DNA of 64,000 nt from Chitinivibrionales bacterium (GCA_035516255.1 DATJAL010000019.1:22196-86195), one strand, 5' to 3'. Shown: positions 35,027-45,598, counted from the first letter of the stretch. Notes: generated by a model not told the origin, from the letters alone. Numbers and translations: made by a program.

Positions 35027-37006
35027 ATGATCCTTTCCCGCTCTATTTTTTCCGCCGTTTTATTTGCCGGCCTTCTGTATCCAATCGAATCCGCAATCTC
35101 GATAAGCGGCACGGTGCGCGACAAGACCACCCAGCTGCCCGTCCAGGGCGCAATCGTGAGCCTTGCCGATACCGGCCTCACCTGTCTTACCGACCAGAAC
35201 GGCAAATACGCATTCGGCGATGCCTTGGCGGTTTTGCCGGCTGTTTCGGCAGGGCTTTCCGCAGTGCGGCCGTACTTTACCGGTAACCGGCTCGTGCTCG
35301 AGGTCGGGAATGAGCCCGCGCAGGTGCAGGTGGACCTCTATACCCTTTCCGGCAGGCATGTTACCCGCATCCTTGACCGGCAATTGACAAAAGGCATTCA
35401 CCGGCTTGATCCGTTCGGGACGCAGGAAGCGGCGCAGCCGTATCTCGTGAAAGTAAAAATCGGCTCAGGGGTCACCATCCTTAAGGCCTCAATCGTTGCA
35501 GGCCGAGCGATTGTTGCTGATTTAAAGCCTCGCTCGGGCGGCGCCGCGGCAACGGCAGGGCTTTCCAAAACCGGTACGTTTCCCGATACACTCCTTGCCT
35601 GGGCGGTGGGCTACGAAGTGAGCCGGGTGACTGCCGGGACTTCCCCGGGAACGTATGATATCGACCTGCAGAGCAGTGTGCCGGCCGGCCAGGTCCAGGT
35701 TATCCACTCCTCGATGGCGGGTGACAATCTGGTGACCGACCCGGCAATGACTTTCGGCGCCGACGACGGCTCGGCGCTGCCGACGATCACCATCACGCCG
35801 GCATCCACCTATCAGAGCATCACCGGATTCGGCGGCGCTTTCACCGAGACCGCAACCTACAACCTGTCCAATATCTCGGCCGCCAGGCGCGCCGAGGTGC
35901 TCAACGCATTTTTCAACCCGTTCACGGGCGCCGGTTACACCGTATGCCGGACGCCGATCAACAGCTGCGATTTCAGCGTGGCCAATTACGCGTACGATGT
36001 CACGCCGGGTGATTACAACTTGAACAATTTCGATTTCAGCCACGATCTGAAGTGGACCGTGCCGGTGATCAGGCAGGCCCTCCGCATCCCGGGCGCCGGC
36101 ATCAAGATCTTCGGATCGCCCTGGTCGCCGCCCGCATGGATGAAGACCAATAACTCCATGTTCAACGGCGGCGAGCTTTTGTCAACCTGTTTTTCCGCGT
36201 GGGCGCTCTACTATGTCAAGTATATCCAGAGTATGCGGGACAACGGCGTGCCGATGTGGGGGCTCACCGTCCAGAACGAGCCGCAGGCGGTCCAGACGTG
36301 GGAAAGCTGCATTTATTCCACGGACCAGGAGCGTGATTTTGTCAAGAATTACCTTGGCCCCACGCTCGCGCAAAACAATGCAAATGTAAACTTGATGATC
36401 TGGGACCATAACAAAGACATCATCGTCGAGCGGGTGACCGGCGTGATGAGCGACCCCAATGCCGCGAAATACGTTTGGGGCGTGGCCTATCATAAATACG
36501 CGGGGGATTATTTCGACAGCATGGACGTGGTGCACACCAATTTCCCCAACGCCTGGATGCTGGGGACCGAAAACAGCATACGGGACACCGGCACCGATGC
36601 TGAGCGCATGGCGCATGAGGTGATAGGAAACCTGAACCACTGGTCGGTTGGATACCTCGTCTGGAACCTGTGCACCAACTACGACGGCGGCCCCTATCAG
36701 CACCGCACCGGAGGCTCACCGGGTCCAATCGTGGTCGACTCCGCCACCGACGGCGTCAAATACCTGCGCCAGCAATACTACATGACCCAGTTCAGCCGCT
36801 ACCTGCGGCCGGGGGCGGTGCGCATCGGGTGCGCGCTCACCGGCGGATCGAGCCTGGAGCCGTGCGCTTTCAAGAACACCGATGGGTTTATAGCCGTCAC
36901 CGTTCTGAACAGGACGGCAAACCCGGTAGCGTTCAAAATCAAACAGGGGACGCAGATCATCAAGCCGACCATACCGGCATGGGCCCTAATGTCGTTTATT
37001 TACTGA
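35027..37006 (+). CDS. Glycoside hydrolase family 30 (glucosylceramidase/beta-1,6-glucanase-like) with N-terminal accessory domains
   Basis: ITGFGGAFTE, SPWSPPAWMK, WGLTVQNEP (acid/base Glu) and MLGTENS (nucleophile Glu). N-terminal carboxypeptidase-regulatory-like domain, followed by a CTD-like beta-sandwich. Confidence 0.88.
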   Translation: MILSRSIFSAVLFAGLLYPIESAISISGTVRDKTTQLPVQGAIVSLADTGLTCLTDQNGKYAFGDALAVLPAVSAGLSAVRPYFTGNRLVLEVGNEPAQVQVDLYTLSGRHVTRILDRQLTKGIHRLDPFGTQEAAQPYLVKVKIGSGVTILKASIVAGRAIVADLKPRSGGAAATAGLSKTGTFPDTLLAWAVGYEVSRVTAGTSPGTYDIDLQSSVPAGQVQVIHSSMAGDNLVTDPAMTFGADDGSALPTITITPASTYQSITGFGGAFTETATYNLSNISAARRAEVLNAFFNPFTGAGYTVCRTPINSCDFSVANYAYDVTPGDYNLNNFDFSHDLKWTVPVIRQALRIPGAGIKIFGSPWSPPAWMKTNNSMFNGGELLSTCFSAWALYYVKYIQSMRDNGVPMWGLTVQNEPQAVQTWESCIYSTDQERDFVKNYLGPTLAQNNANVNLMIWDHNKDIIVERVTGVMSDPNAAKYVWGVAYHKYAGDYFDSMDVVHTNFPNAWMLGTENSIRDTGTDAERMAHEVIGNLNHWSVGYLVWNLCTNYDGGPYQHRTGGSPGPIVVDSATDGVKYLRQQYYMTQFSRYLRPGAVRIGCALTGGSSLEPCAFKNTDGFIAVTVLNRTANPVAFKIKQGTQIIKPTIPAWALMSFIY

Positions 37007-37033
37007 TTTAATTGGTCGCTAAATCCGTCCGCA

Positions 37034-37447
37034 TCATCGTTTCATCGAGGTATCATGTCTTGGCATGGCGGCGATCTCTTCAACCCATTTCTGGTGGTCG
37101 CGCCAGTAAACATTCACCGAGGGTTTTAGGCCGGCCGCATCTTCCAACGTTCCGGCCCTGATGGTGACCATGCCCGGCCTCAAGGGATTCTCGGAATAGA
37201 CGCCCGACCCGCATTTGGGGCAAAAATATCGGCGCGATGTGGTGCTGGAGTCGCCGACATGCTCGTAGGTTGACATTTTGCCGCCCGAAACGGTGAAATC
37301 AGCCTTGTTAAGCCCTGCCACCACTGCAAAGGCGGAACCCGTTGCTTTTTGGCAGGCGGCGCAATGACAGGCTGCAACAAACACCGGCGACGAGGTGCAG
37401 GAATATCTTATAGAGCCGCACAGACATGATCCTTTCAGAACGTCCAT
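37034..37447 (-). CDS. GFA family protein (glutathione-dependent formaldehyde-activating enzyme fold)
   Basis: Cys motifs GSCLCGSIRY, CHCAACQKATGSAF and CPKCGS, typical of the GFA/CENP-V zinc sites. Confidence 0.85.
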   Translation of the reverse strand: MDVLKGSCLCGSIRYSCTSSPVFVAACHCAACQKATGSAFAVVAGLNKADFTVSGGKMSTYEHVGDSSTTSRRYFCPKCGSGVYSENPLRPGMVTIRAGTLEDAAGLKPSVNVYWRDHQKWVEEIAAMPRHDTSMKR

Positions 37448-37647
37448 TGTTTTCCCTCCTGTGAGAATTGAAAATTATTTTCGGAGAAGATAAATATAAA
37501 TCTGTTTTTGTAAACTTGCAGAAACCTTTTTTTTATTCAATTGTCTAATTGTTTGCTGCCGAATCAATGTATTTTTTTCTATTGTGAACCTATTCAAGAA
37601 CAGGCTCGGCTCCGGTGGGCAAAATTATTCAATAAAAGGCGTGGAAA

Positions 37648-38448
37648 ATGGGCTTTAAAAAACCTGTTTGTTCTGTTGTACTTTCATGGGCGCTGTTTGC
37701 CGCAACCTGCGCGATCTTTTGCGGGTGCGTTGAAACGGTTTACATCCGAACGCCGCCGCCGCCGATTCCTTATTATGAACAGCCGTATTGTCCTGGCCCG
37801 GGGTATCTTTGGGTTCCGGGATATTGGGCATATGGCCCGGACGGTTATTACTGGGTTCCCGGCATGTGGGAAATTTCCCCCAGGGTCGGTTGGTTATGGA
37901 CACCGGGCTACTGGGGGTGGTCTGACGGCGTATATATCTGGCATTCCGGGTATTGGGGAAGACATATCGGATATTACGGCGGAATAAATTATGGCTATGG
38001 TTATTCGGGGGTGGGATACGTTGGCGGATACTGGAGAGACAATGAATTCTACTATAACAGCGCGGTAACAAGGGTAAACGTGACCGTGGTAAGCAACACG
38101 TATTCTACTTCCGTTGTGGAGAACAGGGCTCCTGTCGCCGTTGTGAGTTATAACGGCGGAAAGGGCGGCGTCGTCTCATCGCCGACAAACGAGGAATTCG
38201 CTGCCGCACGGGAACAGCACATTGCCGCGACCCCCCTGCAGAGGCAGCATGTCCGGGCCGCCGGCAGGACACCGGAGCTTTTGGCTTCAAAAAACCAGGG
38301 ACAGCCTCGCCCAGACCTGCTTGCCAAAAGGCTGGCCCCGGTCCCTGCAAAAGCCAAGATTGCAAAACCAAAGCCACCCCGCAAGAACAAGCAGAAGCAT
38401 CCCGACAACAGGACTGATTCAAAGCCGCCTCGCGATGAGGCGAGGTGA
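37648..38448 (+). CDS. YXWGXW-repeat lipoprotein
   Basis: Lipobox IFCGC. Repeated PGYLWVPGYWAY, GYYWVPGMW, PGYWGW and SGYWG units. Basic Pro/Lys-rich tail. Confidence 0.8.
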   Translation: MGFKKPVCSVVLSWALFAATCAIFCGCVETVYIRTPPPPIPYYEQPYCPGPGYLWVPGYWAYGPDGYYWVPGMWEISPRVGWLWTPGYWGWSDGVYIWHSGYWGRHIGYYGGINYGYGYSGVGYVGGYWRDNEFYYNSAVTRVNVTVVSNTYSTSVVENRAPVAVVSYNGGKGGVVSSPTNEEFAAAREQHIAATPLQRQHVRAAGRTPELLASKNQGQPRPDLLAKRLAPVPAKAKIAKPKPPRKNKQKHPDNRTDSKPPRDEAR

Positions 38449-38612
38449 TGGCAGAAAAGATCATTCGGGCTGATGAATGGCGGATAAGCGCTTTGCTCGT
38501 GCCCGCGGCCAAACAGTGTTGCAAAGTGATCGCGCATCGCTGAGAGTCAATCCCGCGTTGAATTCCTTTTTGTCAAAAATCAGGAGGCTTTTTAAAAAGA
38601 GGGCGTTGAGGT

Positions 38613-40208
38613 ATGCAGATCCAAAAAAACCTTACGGGCCGTTGCCTGCTGGTTCTTCTCTCGCTTTTTTCCTTTTCAAACGCCTCGGCACGCTACGTTT
38701 CCTCTTCCGCAAGCGGCGCCCAGGACGGCTCATACGCGCACCCGTTTTCGACCATACAGGCCGCGGCCGATAGCACGGTTCCCGGCGACACCGTTTACAT
38801 CATGAACGGCACCTATACCAACAGCTGGCCCACCGGCGAAGTGGTCAACATTACGCGTTCGGGCTCGGCTGCGGCGTGGATCGTGTATGCGGCGTATCCG
38901 GGCCATAAGCCGAAACTGCAATTCAACGGCTGGGGCGGGATTTACATCACCGGTGCGAGCTACATCGAAATAAACGGGCTCGAAATAGCCGGGAACAACG
39001 CCAGCATGGATTCCGCCACCGCCTACGCGGTGCGTGCCGATGGCAACAATTGTTTGACATCAGGCAACGGCATCATGTCGTATCAGACCGGTTCGTCTCC
39101 GTATCCGCACCACATTGCCATCCGTAAATGCGTCGTCCACGACTGCGGCGGCGGCGGGATCTCCACGCAGACCACCGATTACATCACCATCGAGGAAAAC
39201 ACCGTATACAACAACGCATGGTATTCTCCGTACGATTGCAGCGGCATATCGCTCGGCTGGAATTACAGCTTTGACGATGACACGACGGACTACAAGGTAT
39301 TCGTCCGCCGCAACCGCTGCTATGCGAACAAGAACTGCATGCCCGCGATTCAGGGCGGGAGCGTTCCCACCGACGGGGAAGGCATCATCATTGACATACA
39401 GGACGGGACCGCGGGCAATGTGCCCGCGTACAACGGCCGGATGCTGCTTGAGAACAATGTCGTGTTCAACAACGGCGGAGACGGCATAACGCTTTTCAAG
39501 ACGAATCACGTGGACGTTATCAACAACACGGCCTACATGAACGATCAGACCGCCGCGATAAACCGCGGCCAGATCTTCCCGAACCAGGGCAGGAACACCA
39601 GGATCATCAACAACATCATGGTCGCGCCCCCGGGAAGAAACGTAATGCAGGACTGCTGCCCGAACGCCAATCTGACGGTTGATTACAATATTTTCTGGAG
39701 CGCGTCCGGAACCCCCTCGTCTTCACTGATAGGAAAAACCGGATCGCATGACAAGAAAGCTGATCCGCGGTTTGCAAACCCTTCTCTTGATCCGGTGACC
39801 GCGAATTTTCACCTGCAGGCCGGAAGCCCTGCCATAGATTCAGGCACTTCCGCAAATGCGCCTTCCGTCGACTTTGACGGAAATGCGCGGCCCGCGGGAG
39901 CGGGAATTGACATAGGCGCCTATGAGTACGGATCAGGTTCCGGGGTGGTAAGGCCTGCTCACGTTCCGGCATCGTCGGCGTCACCGCTCATGTCCGTGAA
40001 GTTGAACCGGCGCACCGAAACGATGAACATAAAACTGGCGGCGAGGGGAGACGTTGAAATAGTAAAGCTAAACGGATCACGTGTGGCGACGTTGAAAAAT
40101 ATAGGAGACGCTGAATGGAATCCGGGGAATGTAAGCGGCGCTTTATATTTTGTCAATGTTACGATAAACGGCAAATGCATGGTCGCGAAATTGGTGTCCG
40201 TGAAATAA
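38613..40208 (+). CDS. Secreted right-handed parallel beta-helix (pectate-lyase-fold) protein with T9SS-type tail
   Basis: Signal peptide. HPFSTIQAAADSTVPGDTVYIMNGTY entry motif. Repeated NN..YNN/GGDGI turns. Ends GALYFVNVTINGKCMVAKLV. Confidence 0.8.
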   Translation: MQIQKNLTGRCLLVLLSLFSFSNASARYVSSSASGAQDGSYAHPFSTIQAAADSTVPGDTVYIMNGTYTNSWPTGEVVNITRSGSAAAWIVYAAYPGHKPKLQFNGWGGIYITGASYIEINGLEIAGNNASMDSATAYAVRADGNNCLTSGNGIMSYQTGSSPYPHHIAIRKCVVHDCGGGGISTQTTDYITIEENTVYNNAWYSPYDCSGISLGWNYSFDDDTTDYKVFVRRNRCYANKNCMPAIQGGSVPTDGEGIIIDIQDGTAGNVPAYNGRMLLENNVVFNNGGDGITLFKTNHVDVINNTAYMNDQTAAINRGQIFPNQGRNTRIINNIMVAPPGRNVMQDCCPNANLTVDYNIFWSASGTPSSSLIGKTGSHDKKADPRFANPSLDPVTANFHLQAGSPAIDSGTSANAPSVDFDGNARPAGAGIDIGAYEYGSGSGVVRPAHVPASSASPLMSVKLNRRTETMNIKLAARGDVEIVKLNGSRVATLKNIGDAEWNPGNVSGALYFVNVTINGKCMVAKLVSVK

Positions 40209-40531
40209 GGCTCAGGCGGATATCGTAGCCGACGGCAATTGATTTGATCGATATTCATTTATGATAAAGTAACTGCCCGTGAGGCGGTCCGTCAATGGAA
40301 TGCGGCTTGTCCGTTTATAATTCTCATCTGCAAAGCACAAAGCATCTTTAGAAAATTCTTGAATTAATCCTTCTTTAACGGTACTATTTATAATGAGATA
40401 CGTGCTTATTTATTCAAGTTTTTTATATGATCGTTTAAAAAACAGGGGGGCATTTCCTTGTTTCTTTTCGTTTATGACTGGCTGATTGATTTTTATATTT
40501 TAGCCATGAATAACGCCGGAATGAACGCACA

Positions 40532-42937
40532 ATGGAATCGCTGAAACTTTCATACCACCGCTACCTCAGGTATTTCCTGGCAAAGGACGATACCACAGCC
40601 ACGCCCTACGACAAATTTTTGGCATTGTCCTATGCGGTGCGGAGCGAGTTGGTGGACCGGTGGATCGAGACCCAGCGCCGTTACCACGGCAGTGAACTCC
40701 GGCGCATTTACTTTTTTTCCATGGAATACATCTTCGGCCGGAGCCTCAGGCAGAACGTGCTGAGTCTTGACATAGAGGAAGACGTCGCCGCCATGGCAAA
40801 GGAGTTCGGATTCAGCACCGATGAGCTGTACGAGGAGGAGGATTCGTTCGACCTCGGAAACGGCGGCAAGGCGCGGCTCGCGGCCTGCCTGCAGGACGCC
40901 ATGGCTGCCGCGGGACTTCCGGCAATGGCGTACGGCCTGCGGTACGATTACGGCCAGTTCCGCCAGTGCATCGAAAACGGCGCGCAGGTGGAACGGCCCT
41001 ACGACTGGCTCCACAAAGGGCACCCGTGGGAGATAGTGCGGCCTCAGTATTCCTGCGTTGTCAACTACTACGGCCGCGCCGAAAACGCCCGTCGTCCCGA
41101 TAATCCCCTGGCCGGGGAATGGAAGGACGCGGAGCGGGTGGTGGCCGTGCCGTTCGATTTTCCCGTTGCCGGCTTCAAGAACTGCACGGTCAACACGCTG
41201 CGGCTGTGGTCGGCCGAGGCGGCCGAGGAATTTCTTCCTGATTACGCCAACCATCAGGACTACCTGCGCGCCTGCGAGGACAAATCGCGCACCGGCACCA
41301 TCACCAAGGTGCTGTTTCCCGATGAGGACGTGCTGCGTGCCACCGAGCTCCGTCTCAAGCAGCAGTTCTTCCTGGTGAGCGCGTCTCTGCACGACATCCT
41401 GCGGCGGTTCAAACAGACCAACGAGAGCCTTGCCCAGCTCGGCGAAAAGGTCGCAATCCAACTGAATGGGAGTAACTGCGCGCTTGCCGTGCCGGAACTG
41501 ATGCGATGCCTCGTGGATCTCGAAAATATCCCGTTCCGGCGGGCCTGGGACATTACGACCAAGGTGTTCGCCTATACCAGCAACGCGGTGTCGCGTGACC
41601 ACCTTGAGGCATGGCCGGTGTACCTCATGAACCAGGTGTTCCCGCGGCACATGCAGATCATTTACGAGATAAACCAGCTGCACCTTGACAAGGTTCGGGA
41701 AAAGATCCCCTTTAATAACGATTTGATCCGCGACCTGTCGCTCATCGCGGAAGGCGAGGTGAAACGGGTGAAGCTGGGGCACCTTGCCGCCCTGACGTCG
41801 TATGTTGTCAACGGCGTGTCGGTCGCGCAGACGGGAATTCTCAAAACGGCCGTGTTTCCGGAATTCATGGCCATTGCGCCGGACAAGTTCCTCGCGAAAA
41901 CCAACGGTGTTTCGCACCGCCGCTGGCTCCTGTGTTCCAACCGGCCCCTCGGCGATCTTATTTCAAAAACCATCGGCGACGGATGGATAAAGAATCCGGA
42001 AGAGCTCTCGAACCTCGAACCGCATGCCGGCGATGCGCCGTTGCTGGAAGCGGCGGCGACCATCAGGCTCAAGGCGAAAAAGATCCTTGCCGCGTACATT
42101 CTGGCGGAAACGGGCGTCGAAGTCGATCCCGAGGCGATGTTCGATGTCCAATGCAAGAAAATCCATCTTTACAAACGCCAAGTGCTGCACGTGCTCAACA
42201 TCCTGTCGCGGTACCTCAGGATCAAGGGCGGGGAGGCCCTGCCGGTGCGCAGGGTCCACGTTTTTTCCGGCAAGGCGGCGCCGGCCGACCAGCTCGCGAA
42301 GCAGGTGATACGCCTCATCACCATCGCGGCCGATGTCATCAACGGCGACGCGCAGATCGGCAACGCGATCAAGGTCGTGTTCCTGCCCGATTACGGCGTT
42401 TCACTCGCCGAAAGAATAGTCCCTGCCGCGGACCTGTCCGAGCAGATCGCCACGCCGGGGCAGGAGGCGAGCGGCACCGGCAATACGAAGTTCGCGATCA
42501 ACGGCGGGCTGCTCATGGCCAGCAAGAGCGGCTCCAATATCGAGATCATCGAACGAACGGGCGCCGAGAATGTCTTCGTGTTCGGCAGGAGCGCCCAGGA
42601 ACTCCCTTCTGTCAACCGTTACCAGCCGTACGACATTCTGTCCGCCAGCCCCGTCCTTTCCGGCGTTTTCAGGCTGCTGCAGTCACTGTTGGAGCACCTG
42701 CCCCAGAACACGCTCTCCATCCGGCCCCTGCTGTCCACCCTCATGGACTCCGACCGGTATTTCGTGCTTCTGGACTTCGACGATTATGTCAGGAGGCAGA
42801 ACGATGCCGACACCCTCTACACCAATAAAAAAGAATGGACCAAGAGAGGGCTTGTCAATATCGCGCGCTGTGGTTATTTTTCAATCGACAGGACAACCAA
42901 GGAATATGCGCGCGATATCTGGAGAGTAAATCCGTAA
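40532..42937 (+). CDS. glgP: Glycogen/alpha-glucan phosphorylase
   Basis: LGNGGKARLAAC, the PLP-Lys block EASGTGNTKFAINGG, TNGVSHRRWL and HVFSGKAAP are hallmarks of GT35 phosphorylases. Confidence 0.93.
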   Translation: MESLKLSYHRYLRYFLAKDDTTATPYDKFLALSYAVRSELVDRWIETQRRYHGSELRRIYFFSMEYIFGRSLRQNVLSLDIEEDVAAMAKEFGFSTDELYEEEDSFDLGNGGKARLAACLQDAMAAAGLPAMAYGLRYDYGQFRQCIENGAQVERPYDWLHKGHPWEIVRPQYSCVVNYYGRAENARRPDNPLAGEWKDAERVVAVPFDFPVAGFKNCTVNTLRLWSAEAAEEFLPDYANHQDYLRACEDKSRTGTITKVLFPDEDVLRATELRLKQQFFLVSASLHDILRRFKQTNESLAQLGEKVAIQLNGSNCALAVPELMRCLVDLENIPFRRAWDITTKVFAYTSNAVSRDHLEAWPVYLMNQVFPRHMQIIYEINQLHLDKVREKIPFNNDLIRDLSLIAEGEVKRVKLGHLAALTSYVVNGVSVAQTGILKTAVFPEFMAIAPDKFLAKTNGVSHRRWLLCSNRPLGDLISKTIGDGWIKNPEELSNLEPHAGDAPLLEAAATIRLKAKKILAAYILAETGVEVDPEAMFDVQCKKIHLYKRQVLHVLNILSRYLRIKGGEALPVRRVHVFSGKAAPADQLAKQVIRLITIAADVINGDAQIGNAIKVVFLPDYGVSLAERIVPAADLSEQIATPGQEASGTGNTKFAINGGLLMASKSGSNIEIIERTGAENVFVFGRSAQELPSVNRYQPYDILSASPVLSGVFRLLQSLLEHLPQNTLSIRPLLSTLMDSDRYFVLLDFDDYVRRQNDADTLYTNKKEWTKRGLVNIARCGYFSIDRTTKEYARDIWRVNP

Positions 42938-44685
42938 TGGTCAAAAAAGAAGAAAAGCTCACCGGCATCACCATCGTTCCGGGAAAAGGGTTGGGCATCG
43001 CCTATTTTGTTGGACGGGGCGTTGAGCAGCCGTCAAAGGTTTCCATCTCCCGCCAGGAAATCGGCGACCAGATCATGCGGTTCAACGAGGTCCGCGAAAA
43101 GGCAAAAAAAGATTACACCAAGCTCGCATCAAGGGCTGATTCGTCAGTCCCGCCATCAATTCTGCCCATTTACGGCCAGATCATTGACGATCCCTCTTTC
43201 ATAGGCCAGGTGGTCGAAACCATTTCCACCAAGCTGTATGATCTCGAGACTTCGATACAGGTGGTGCTGAACGACCTTGTCAAACGGTTCAACGCGGCGG
43301 ATACCCCGTATCTGAAGGAACGGAGCGGGGACATTGTCGAGGTGTGCGAAAAGCTCATTTCATACCTCTACGAGGACGATGGCAGGACAAAGGGGTTCAT
43401 GGAGCCCGTGGTGCTCGTGGTGTTGCGGACCTTCACCCCGTCGGACATCCTGTCATATGACAAGAGCAAGATCCGGGCGGTGATAAGCGCCAGCGGCGGT
43501 AAAACCTCGCACGCGGCGATCATCGCGCGCGCCTATTCGATCCCGGTCGTTTCGGGCATCAGGGACCTGCAGAATTGCGTCTATCCCGGTGACCAGCTCT
43601 ATGTTGACGCGGACAAGGGCGTCGTTTACGTCCGGCCGAGCCCGACCGTGGTGAGCAGGGCGCCCAAGCAGCGGGAGCACCAGGAGGAGCTTGACAAACT
43701 GCAAGCAAAGTGGCAGCGGCCGGTGTACACGAGGGACGGCATACACATCGAGGTGCTGGCCAACGTCTCCCTTCCCGAAGACGCGGACGAGGCGGCCCGC
43801 TACGGCGCCGACGGCATCGGGCTGGTACGCACCGAATACCTGCTCTCGAACCGGAAAAGCTTTCCGGACGAGCAGTCGCAGCTTGAATATTATGAAAAAA
43901 TTTTCTCGAAGGCGGGAAGCAAACACTGCGTCGTGCGGGTGATGGACATCGGCGGGGACAAGGTGCCGGAATTTTTCGACATGCCGCCGGAGTTCAATCC
44001 GTTCATGGGGTGGCGTGCCATCCGTATCCTGCTCGAACGCAGGGAGCTTTTCGAATCGCAATTGGCCGCGATCATGAAGGCGGGAAAGAAGCGGAATTAT
44101 TCCATCATGATCCCCATGGTCACCACGCTGCAGGAATGGCTTGAAGCAAAAAGCATCATCGTCCAGATGGCGGAAAAACTCAACGTGAAGATGCCGCAAT
44201 GCGGAGTTCTGTTCGAGGTCCCATTGGCAATACTCGAGATGAATATGTTCATGAAAGAGATTGATTTTGCATCGATTGGCACCAACGACCTCATCCAGTA
44301 TCTGAGCGCCGCCGACCGTAACAATTCCAAAGTGAACTATCTGTATAATCCCATCGAGCCTGCGTTTCTGCGCATCATTAAAAACGCCATCAACGTGTCA
44401 AAAGACAACGGCAAACCGCTTTCGATTTGCGGCGAGATGGCGGGAAACGCGTTTCACACGACCCTGCTGGTCGGACTCGGATTAAAAAGATTCAGCGTGA
44501 TTCCAAGGACGATTCCCATTTTGAAAGAACTTATTTCCCGCATCAGTTTTGCCGAGGCGGCGGAAAGCGTGTCCCACGTCGATTCGTTTGATTCAACGGA
44601 AGATGTCGCGAAGTGGCTCAAGAATCTGAACAAGCGGCTGCTGGGCGATGTGATGGAGCGACTGCCCGTGACCGCGGAAGTGTAA
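42937..44685 (+). CDS. ptsI: Phosphoenolpyruvate--protein phosphotransferase (PTS enzyme I)
   Basis: ATG overlaps the glgP TAA by 1 nt. Active-site His block GGKTSHAAIIARAYSIPVV, GLVRTEYL, SIGTNDLIQY, CGEMAG. Confidence 0.9.
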   Translation: MVKKEEKLTGITIVPGKGLGIAYFVGRGVEQPSKVSISRQEIGDQIMRFNEVREKAKKDYTKLASRADSSVPPSILPIYGQIIDDPSFIGQVVETISTKLYDLETSIQVVLNDLVKRFNAADTPYLKERSGDIVEVCEKLISYLYEDDGRTKGFMEPVVLVVLRTFTPSDILSYDKSKIRAVISASGGKTSHAAIIARAYSIPVVSGIRDLQNCVYPGDQLYVDADKGVVYVRPSPTVVSRAPKQREHQEELDKLQAKWQRPVYTRDGIHIEVLANVSLPEDADEAARYGADGIGLVRTEYLLSNRKSFPDEQSQLEYYEKIFSKAGSKHCVVRVMDIGGDKVPEFFDMPPEFNPFMGWRAIRILLERRELFESQLAAIMKAGKKRNYSIMIPMVTTLQEWLEAKSIIVQMAEKLNVKMPQCGVLFEVPLAILEMNMFMKEIDFASIGTNDLIQYLSAADRNNSKVNYLYNPIEPAFLRIIKNAINVSKDNGKPLSICGEMAGNAFHTTLLVGLGLKRFSVIPRTIPILKELISRISFAEAAESVSHVDSFDSTEDVAKWLKNLNKRLLGDVMERLPVTAEV

Positions 44686-44695
44686 CCAAGAATTA

Positions 44696-45511
44696 TTATT
44701 TCCCCGGCTTCAACAATATCCCGCTGAAATATTTGACATGGATGCCGAGTGCCTTTCGCGCATAAAACGGCGTATGGCCTCCGGGCCGTTCAAAATATTC
44801 GTGGGCGATGTTGAGCGCGAGCATCTTTTGATGCGTCTTGCGATTGCACGGCAGCGCAAAATCGGATGTCCCGCAGTCAAGGATGAGCGTTTTGTTTTTG
44901 CCCGCCAATTTTTCGCAGAGCGAAAAGAAGGAATTGCTCGTCCATGAAGAGGCGTTAGCGGCATAACCGCCCAAAACTTCAGCCAAATCCCACTCGCCTG
45001 GAAATTCCGAGAGGTCCATGATTCCGCTGATGCTTCCCGCGCCGCAATAGAGATCAGGGTGTTTTGCAAGCAGTGTTGTCGCGCCGTGGCCGCCCATGCT
45101 CGAGCCGATAATGACCCGTCCTTTTTCAAGTGACCAAGTGCGATAAGCGCTGTCAATAAACGCAATGACCTCTTTTGATATGTAAGTGTCGAATTTCGAC
45201 CCTGTTTTTACCCGGCTGTCAATATACCAGGAATTGTAATTGCCGTCTGGACAGACAAAAATCAAATGAAAACTATCCGCATATTCCTCAAGCGGGGAGA
45301 TTTTTGACCACGATGAATAATCGTTGCTGTATCCATGAAGAAGGTAGATCACCGAAAACTTATTGACGCCGGCCCTGTATTCTCCGGGAGTTACGATGAC
45401 TGCCTTGAAGCTTTTATTCATGCTTGCGCTGGGAATGGAAACGACGGCTTTGTCCGCAGAAAAAGAGAGAAGAAAGCAGAAAAAAATTATTGGGACGACG
45501 AAGCGGAACAA
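44696..45511 (-). CDS. Secreted esterase family protein (esterase D / CE1-like alpha/beta hydrolase)
   Basis: Signal peptide. YLLHGY. Nucleophile elbow GSSMGGHGA. A later His in the HEYFERPGGH block. Confidence 0.85.
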   Translation of the reverse strand: MFRFVVPIIFFCFLLSFSADKAVVSIPSASMNKSFKAVIVTPGEYRAGVNKFSVIYLLHGYSNDYSSWSKISPLEEYADSFHLIFVCPDGNYNSWYIDSRVKTGSKFDTYISKEVIAFIDSAYRTWSLEKGRVIIGSSMGGHGATTLLAKHPDLYCGAGSISGIMDLSEFPGEWDLAEVLGGYAANASSWTSNSFFSLCEKLAGKNKTLILDCGTSDFALPCNRKTHQKMLALNIAHEYFERPGGHTPFYARKALGIHVKYFSGILLKPGK

Positions 45512-45598
45512 AATGCCTCCTGAGAAAACTGCGGCCAGCGGCTAGAATTCAACGGCCAGCAAAAAAAGCATCAAATGTCATCTGTTGACCGTCAACGG

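Noticed and set aside
40550-41917. 455-aa minus-strand ORF antisense to glgP
   Set aside because: It lies entirely inside a strongly supported phosphorylase gene. Its composition (R/G/V/H-rich) is typical of antisense frames in high-GC DNA.
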